Positions 58,796-64,000 of a stretch of 64,000 nucleotides of DNA are shown here, one piece after another. The DNA comes from a virus. A program made the translations under genes and the position numbers. Where the stretch lies: positions 96,001 through 160,000 of the IMG/VR virus record IMGVR_UViG_3300009082_000016; one strand, 5' to 3'. Numbering within the stretch: the stretch's first letter is position 1; each line of letters starts with the position of its first letter. Below the pieces are notes generated by a model, which did not search any database, had not been told where the DNA came from, and was given only the letters and a program-made list of their open reading frames with translations.

Positions 58796-60265
58796 TCAGT
58801 ATCCGGGGGTCGGCTGAGTGGCCCCGCCCCACGCCGCACGGGAAACCCCCATGCGGGAACGGAACCGGTTGACGGCCCCGGCCTGGGCGGCGTTCATGAG
58901 CTCGCCGCCGGTGATGCTGGCATCGCCCATCGTGTTGCGCCGCGGCTTGACCCCGGGTGGCAGGTTCCGGGCCTGCTCCTGCTCGCGCCGCTGGAAGTAG
59001 CGGTGCGCCAGGAGTCCACCCAGGAGCAGGCCGCCACCGACCATGACGACCTTGCCCGGGCTGACTTTCATCGCGGCGAGACCGCCGCGGATGAGACCGC
59101 GCGGAACGTGCTTCGGGATGGTGACGGCCGCCTTCTCGAACGAGGCCTTCTTGGACTTCCCGATCAGGAGGTCCGACAGCCCCTTCTCGGCGTCGTGCAG
59201 GAGGTCGCCGGCGGCCGTTCCCTCGAGGTCCTTCGCGATCCGATCGACCGCGGCGCCCGTCGGGGAGCGCGGGAGGGACGCGTGGACTTCCTGGGCGACG
59301 CTGATCGCCTGTCCGAGATCGGGCGTCGCGGCCGTCTTGTGCATCGCCAGCTTGAGGGCGAGCGCCCCGTCCGAACGGGAACGCCGGCGGCCCGCGGCAA
59401 GCGCCGCGGTGACCTGCATCCCCGGCTGACCGCCCTGCTGCTGAGCCGCCATCTGCTGCATCACGGCCAGCTCCTGCGGACTCGGACCACCTTGCTGACC
59501 GCCCTGCTGCTGAGCCGCCATCTGCTGCATCATGGCCAGCTCCTGCGGACTCGGACCACCTTGCTGACCGCCCTGCTGACCGCCCTGCTGACCGCCCTGC
59601 TGACCGCCCTGCTGCTCCGGCCCGCCCGGCTGCTGGCCCTGCATCTGCATCTGCTGCATCTGCTGCATCTGCTGCATCTGCATCGCCTGAGCCTGCATCG
59701 CCTGCTGCGTCGGGTCCATCTCGATCGCCTGGAGCAGCTGCTGCTTGTACTGCTGCCAGGCCATCTCCTTCTGCTGCGCGGAGCGGGTCGCCGCGGCGGC
59801 CTCCATCTTCGCGCCGATCGCTTCCTGGCCGGCCTGCATGGCCTGCATGGTCGCCTGGCTGACCTGGGCGCCAAGTTGCTGCTGCATCTGCTGGGCCTGC
59901 TGCGTGACCTGCTGGGTCTGCGAAGCCGCCTGCCCAAGCTGCTGGACCTGCTGCTGCAGCTGCTGGATGACCTTCTGGGCTTCCTGGCCCGCCTGGGACG
60001 CCGACATCACCTCCCGCTGCAGGCCCTGGATTTCCGCCTGTTGCTGGGAGACGACCTGCCCCATGTCCCGCATGGCCGTGTCGCGCGGGTCGTCGACGAT
60101 CTCGTCGGTGACCAGACGCTCGCGCACCGCCCTGCTGATTGCGTCGTCCGGGCGGACGAGCTGCGCCGTCTTCGCGGCGGGGAGCAGGAACTTCTTGTAC
60201 CAGCCCGCCTTCTTGACCAGCGAAGGCTGCGGACCGAGTTTCCTCAGAAGCTCGTCGTGAGTCAT
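58796..60265 (-). CDS. Gln-rich coiled-coil putative virion/head protein
   Basis: Q-rich coiled coil, QQGG repeats, KxA motifs, C-terminal Gly-rich hydrophobic helix. Confidence 0.6.
   Translation of the reverse strand: MTHDELLRKLGPQPSLVKKAGWYKKFLLPAAKTAQLVRPDDAISRAVRERLVTDEIVDDPRDTAMRDMGQVVSQQQAEIQGLQREVMSASQAGQEAQKVIQQLQQQVQQLGQAASQTQQVTQQAQQMQQQLGAQVSQATMQAMQAGQEAIGAKMEAAAATRSAQQKEMAWQQYKQQLLQAIEMDPTQQAMQAQAMQMQQMQQMQQMQMQGQQPGGPEQQGGQQGGQQGGQQGGQQGGPSPQELAMMQQMAAQQQGGQQGGPSPQELAVMQQMAAQQQGGQPGMQVTAALAAGRRRSRSDGALALKLAMHKTAATPDLGQAISVAQEVHASLPRSPTGAAVDRIAKDLEGTAAGDLLHDAEKGLSDLLIGKSKKASFEKAAVTIPKHVPRGLIRGGLAAMKVSPGKVVMVGGGLLLGGLLAHRYFQRREQEQARNLPPGVKPRRNTMGDASITGGELMNAAQAGAVNRFRSRMGVSRAAWGGATQPTPGY
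59420..59700 (-). repeat. coding low-complexity repeats (QQGG; QQM; GPSPQELAxMQQMAAQQQGG x2)
   Basis: Visible 12-, 9- and ~60-bp tandem repeats. Confidence 0.85.
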
Positions 60266-60307
60266 GGCGTCATCCTATCACAAGGACGAGGAAAGCCCCA
60301 AGCCCCC

Positions 60308-60619
60308 CTACCGGACCTTGGTGAACAGGCCCTGCTCGGCGTTGTAGTCCCACTTCTCCTTGGTATGGTCGATCCCCAGCCCGGCCGCCACGGTGTCCAC
60401 CGTCTCCTGCAGCTGCTTCCGGGCCAGTTGCACGGCCTCGATCCGCCTCTGGATGATGTCCTTCGCCGGGGCCGGGCAGATCCGCACCTCCGGCTTCGGG
60501 GGCTGCTTCAGGAGCGGGTCGTCCCCCGGAGCGAGCGGAACGACCGGGCCCGGCTTCGGAACCGCGAGATTGGGAACAGCCTTCAGTACGCCCTTCTTGG
60601 TCTTCATCTTCTTCCCCAT
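60308..60619 (-). CDS. hypothetical protein
   Basis: 103-aa ORF with GGAGG SD. Confidence 0.6.
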   Translation of the reverse strand: MGKKMKTKKGVLKAVPNLAVPKPGPVVPLAPGDDPLLKQPPKPEVRICPAPAKDIIQRRIEAVQLARKQLQETVDTVAAGLGIDHTKEKWDYNAEQGLFTKVR

Positions 60620-60628
60620 GACGACCTC

Positions 60629-60952
60629 CTAGCTCCTGCTGACTCCGACCACGTCGCTGATCTCTCCGAATGGCGGATACCCGGCCGGATAGTACGCTCC
60701 GGCCGAGTCGATGCGATCGTACGACACCCAGTAGTAGAACGTGGACGTCGACGAGTGGTAGCCCCGGTTGGTGATCTGCACCAGCGGTGTGCCCCCTCGT
60801 CTCGCCGTACGAAACGCCGGCACTCCTGCTACAAGTTCCGCGTCGAGCGGCATCGCCCTCCGGGTAATGGACTTCGCTTTCTGTGCTACCCGCACGACCG
60901 GCCTGAAGAGGTCGAAAGCAGGGTCCAAGTAGATGACGAGACGGGAGGCCAT
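60629..60952 (-). CDS. hypothetical virion-associated protein
   Basis: 107-aa ORF in structural block. Confidence 0.5.
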   Translation of the reverse strand: MASRLVIYLDPAFDLFRPVVRVAQKAKSITRRAMPLDAELVAGVPAFRTARRGGTPLVQITNRGYHSSTSTFYYWVSYDRIDSAGAYYPAGYPPFGEISDVVGVSRS

Positions 60953-60955
60953 GCT

Positions 60956-62137
60956 CTACTCGACGGTCCGGATGGCCCACAACTTGACGTCGCTCCCAGA
61001 CTCCGACTGATCCCTCGTCGCCAGCCACGCCAGAGAATCAGGACCGGCCCCCACCAGCGTATCCTCCGGGGAGATGACCGTACCGTAGGTCATGTTGCAC
61101 AGGCGCTCGAAGTAGCCGCGCAGCTGGTTGCCTCCGCTGATCGGCGACCCGTACATGCTGTAGGCACCAAAGAAAACAGCCGGGGTGACGATGAACTCGT
61201 CGTAGGAAGTAGGGTCAACGACATCCCGAGCGATCTGCCCTCCGGTATAGATACAGGCGTACGCCTGCAAAGGCATGAGGATGCCGTAGAAGCTGGCAGA
61301 CGAGTAGGCCTGAGCGGTTCCGGTAAACCTAGTGGTCGCCGGGTTGTAGAGGAACACGGCACCGTACCGGGGGCAGCCGCGGGCGTACCCACCGTACACG
61401 TTCGACCACGCCCACAGAAAGGTGGGCATCGGATCGCGCCCAACGCGAGCGTTCGCCGCGAACGTGGTCGACGTCGACGTGTCGTTGAGCACCGTCATGG
61501 CGGAGCCGTCGTCCACGGACTGCACCGTGCAGCGCAGCAACAGCCCGCTGTCTCTGTCGATGATGAAGACCTTCTGCCCCGCGTCGAACCCACTGGTGCT
61601 CACGACCGTGATCTGCTTGGTGCTCGAAGCGGGGATGGTCTCCGAACCGGCGGTGACCGTGAGCCCGGTGATGTGCCCAAGGTAGCCCAGTCGGGTGATG
61701 GTGCCGAATGCCACGGTGGAGTAGTACCCGTCCTGCTTCGTGCAGATGACGACGCCGTTCTTGTCCCCGTAGATCCATCCGATGAACGTGCCGGTCGCGT
61801 CATGCTCGAAGAGCGTCGGGACACCTGAAGACCATCCGATCTCGTTCCCGTCGTTCGCACCGGGGGTGCCGGATGACTTGTAGTAGGTCGCTGTCCGGAA
61901 GTAGACCTGCTGCTTGGGCGCCGTCTGCGCGACTTGCGTGATGCGGATGTAGATCAGCTCGTTCCCGGACTCTCCAGTGGACTTGTAGATCTTGTCCGTG
62001 ATCCCGCTCGTAGCGACGACCTCGTTGTGCAGCGTCCAGCCCATGTCCGCCAACACCTTGTAGAGGCCGTTGGTCGCATTCTCCAGAAAATCGGTGATGC
62101 TGGTGTAGGTCACCCCGTTGCGGTACTCGAACGACAT
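60956..62137 (-). CDS. putative virion structural protein (fibre/appendage-associated)
   Basis: Thr/Gly/Ser/Tyr-rich beta protein, lower GC3. Confidence 0.55.
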   Translation of the reverse strand: MSFEYRNGVTYTSITDFLENATNGLYKVLADMGWTLHNEVVATSGITDKIYKSTGESGNELIYIRITQVAQTAPKQQVYFRTATYYKSSGTPGANDGNEIGWSSGVPTLFEHDATGTFIGWIYGDKNGVVICTKQDGYYSTVAFGTITRLGYLGHITGLTVTAGSETIPASSTKQITVVSTSGFDAGQKVFIIDRDSGLLLRCTVQSVDDGSAMTVLNDTSTSTTFAANARVGRDPMPTFLWAWSNVYGGYARGCPRYGAVFLYNPATTRFTGTAQAYSSASFYGILMPLQAYACIYTGGQIARDVVDPTSYDEFIVTPAVFFGAYSMYGSPISGGNQLRGYFERLCNMTYGTVISPEDTLVGAGPDSLAWLATRDQSESGSDVKLWAIRTVE

Positions 62138-62140
62138 GGA

Positions 62141-62668
62141 TCACCTCATCTCGAGCTGGGCCCCGTACAGGATCAGGCTGTTGGCGGCACTGCCCGACTT
62201 GATCCGGACTTCGTAAACCTTCGTCCCCGAGGGCAGCGTGAGAGCGGAGCTCTCGTACCGGGTCGGCGTACCACCGGTGATGTCGAGGACGGCAACGGAC
62301 GACTCGTCGGTCAGGTTGTAGAGCTGGACGTAGCCCGTGATCGCGGAGCCGAGTTGCGCGGCCACGGCCACGAACTTGATCGTCTTCCCCGAGAAGGAAG
62401 CAGGGCTGAAGGGCACGGCGCCGACGACGTAGTAGCTCGTCTCGGTCGTGTCCCACCGCCCGGCGATCCCGGTGTTCTCGCTGCCGGCGCCGCCCGCCCC
62501 GCCTGCCGCCCACTTCCGCTTCCCCGGCGAGGCTTCGTCCTTGGTCAGGACGGAGCCGTCTGCGACGCCCGTGGGGTCGGGGATGAGCAGTTCCTGCAGG
62601 GTATCGCTGAGATCGACCTCTTCGAGGCCGCCATCCTTGATCTGGTCGCCGCCGATTCCAAGACCCAT
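62141..62668 (-). CDS. putative fibre-associated structural protein
   Basis: IGGDQIKDG N-terminus, Gly linker, beta-sandwich-like C-terminus. Confidence 0.5.
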   Translation of the reverse strand: MGLGIGGDQIKDGGLEEVDLSDTLQELLIPDPTGVADGSVLTKDEASPGKRKWAAGGAGGAGSENTGIAGRWDTTETSYYVVGAVPFSPASFSGKTIKFVAVAAQLGSAITGYVQLYNLTDESSVAVLDITGGTPTRYESSALTLPSGTKVYEVRIKSGSAANSLILYGAQLEMR

Positions 62669-62738
62669 GAGCAGGAGCTTACCAGCAGCCCAGAAAGATG
62701 ACTAGGGGGGAGGTACGGCTAGCAGAGGGACGGCTGGA

Positions 62739-64000
62739 CTAGAAGCGACCGATCACGGCCTCCAAGGTGGAGCCGGTGGTGGGCGTGAAGTCGAACTTCA
62801 CCGTGTCGGCAGCGTCGTTCATGTAGTACGTGCCCTGTCCACCACCAGTGCTGGCCGTCCGGAGCAGGCGCTGACCGTTGTAGTAGATGGCCAAGGACCC
62901 GCTGAACAGGGAGTCGTAGCCGATCTGGGCCGGAACCACGTCGAGGTCCCACGTCACGGTGGCCGCGGGCCAGCTGGTCACCGACACCTCCTCGAACTTC
63001 GTGATGTTGACGGACCACACCTCGGTGTCCGCCTTGTACGTGTACTGGGCGCCGTTGCCCCAGAACACGTTCACCAGCGTGAGAGCGCCGAAGGACGCGC
63101 TGACGGTGATCTGGTCCCCGTCGTCCGGCTGCTGGAAGCTCCAGTTGGTTCCGTCGTACCACCCGATCTCCTTCGCATGGCCGGAGAAGGTCCCGAGAGC
63201 CGTGGGGGCGATCATGGCCCGGAGACCGGTCGGGGGCTTGCCCGCTCCGGCCGTGCTGTACAGCTTCGTCCACGTTCCGCCCCCGATGGACCGGTACTGG
63301 TAGACGTCCCCGTCGGTGTAGCTGCCACCCCAGTTGTCGACGATGTAGCAGTAGCCGTTGAGGGGGTTCGACGGGACGCTGCCACCCTGATCGGCGTCCG
63401 TGGTCAGCAGAACGATGTGAACCGGCGGGTGCCACGGGAACGTCTCGTCGACGTTCACGCCGGCGGCGTTCACCTTGATGTAGTTGCCCGGCTTGACCTC
63501 CAGCGACGTACCGTCGATGGTGAGGCCGTCGGCGTACTTCACGTACACGCCGTTCGAGTCGATCTCGAGGCCGCCCTCGTTCTTCACGAGGACCTTGAGT
63601 CCGGCGTACGCCCCGGACACCTCGGCGATCTCCAAGCCACCATCGGTCTGCAGGAGGGGGGAGGCGGTCCACGTCGCGCCGGCGTAGACGTACTCGATCC
63701 CCGTACCGTACGAGGACGAGATGATGACCCCATCGCCCGACGACGGCACGACCGCGATCCAGTAGCTCGGGTCGTTGGTGTTGCTCGTGGTGACGGTCAT
63801 GATCTGCTTCTGGTACGGAGCGAACTCGTCGGCGGCGTTCGGGTGGACCACGAAACGGGTCCCATAGGCCGCGTAGCCACCGCTGCCCGGCACCAGCACG
63901 GACCAAGTGGTCCCCGTCCAGATGACGAAGTCCCCGGCGTTGACCGCCACACCGCCCCACGTACCGTTGGCCGTGGCGAGGTAGGTGACTCCCGTCACGG
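62739..64000 (-). CDS. putative fibre/head-decoration protein, DUF2793-like repeats (5'-truncated)
   Basis: TFSGHAKEIGWYDGTNWSF..P..G and GDFVIWTGTTW motifs; runs off window edge. Confidence 0.6.
   Translation of the reverse strand, partial: VTGVTYLATANGTWGGVAVNAGDFVIWTGTTWSVLVPGSGGYAAYGTRFVVHPNAADEFAPYQKQIMTVTTSNTNDPSYWIAVVPSSGDGVIISSSYGTGIEYVYAGATWTASPLLQTDGGLEIAEVSGAYAGLKVLVKNEGGLEIDSNGVYVKYADGLTIDGTSLEVKPGNYIKVNAAGVNVDETFPWHPPVHIVLLTTDADQGGSVPSNPLNGYCYIVDNWGGSYTDGDVYQYRSIGGGTWTKLYSTAGAGKPPTGLRAMIAPTALGTFSGHAKEIGWYDGTNWSFQQPDDGDQITVSASFGALTLVNVFWGNGAQYTYKADTEVWSVNITKFEEVSVTSWPAATVTWDLDVVPAQIGYDSLFSGSLAIYYNGQRLLRTASTGGGQGTYYMNDAADTVKFDFTPTTGSTLEAVIGRF

Noticed and set aside
58097-61828. 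1243-aa plus-strand ORF
   Set aside because: Antisense shadow across several minus-strand genes; no recognisable motifs
1-64000. Stop-codon reassignment; tRNA or rRNA genes
   Set aside because: Recognisable genes are intact in code 11 and end in TAG or TGA; no cloverleaf or rRNA motifs seen by eye

Overview
64 kb of a high-GC large (probably jumbo, contractile-tailed) phage genome, with almost every gene on the minus strand. The right end (51.7-64 kb) is a virion block: tail tube, tail sheath, putative tail-completion and neck proteins, a Gln-rich protein and an inserted HNH endonuclease. The middle holds a complete ubiquitin-like conjugation operon (Ubl-GG, E2-like, JAB, E1/ThiF; 47.3-50.3 kb) and a Ycf46-like AAA/DUF1257/DUF2997/radical-SAM module whose ATPase motifs are permuted. 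It also holds a replication/partition block (DnaB-like helicase, ParB, wHTH initiator candidate, nine iteron-like repeats at 34.58-34.82 kb). The left half is dense with small accessory genes (N6-MTase, DEDDh exonuclease, MazG-like, YkgJ, BRCT, GroES, many Zn-ribbons). The top candidate for a novel system is a stand-alone RAMP/Cas7-like gene plus a coupled partner gene, followed directly by three abutting ~147-nt structured RNA units (19449-19892). Each unit has its own closing stem, two conserved hairpins and a variable core with in-phase 5-nt G-N-Y-N-N periodicity, suggesting a non-CRISPR, VIPR-like RNA-guided module. All family calls come from motif recognition by eye; no searches were run.
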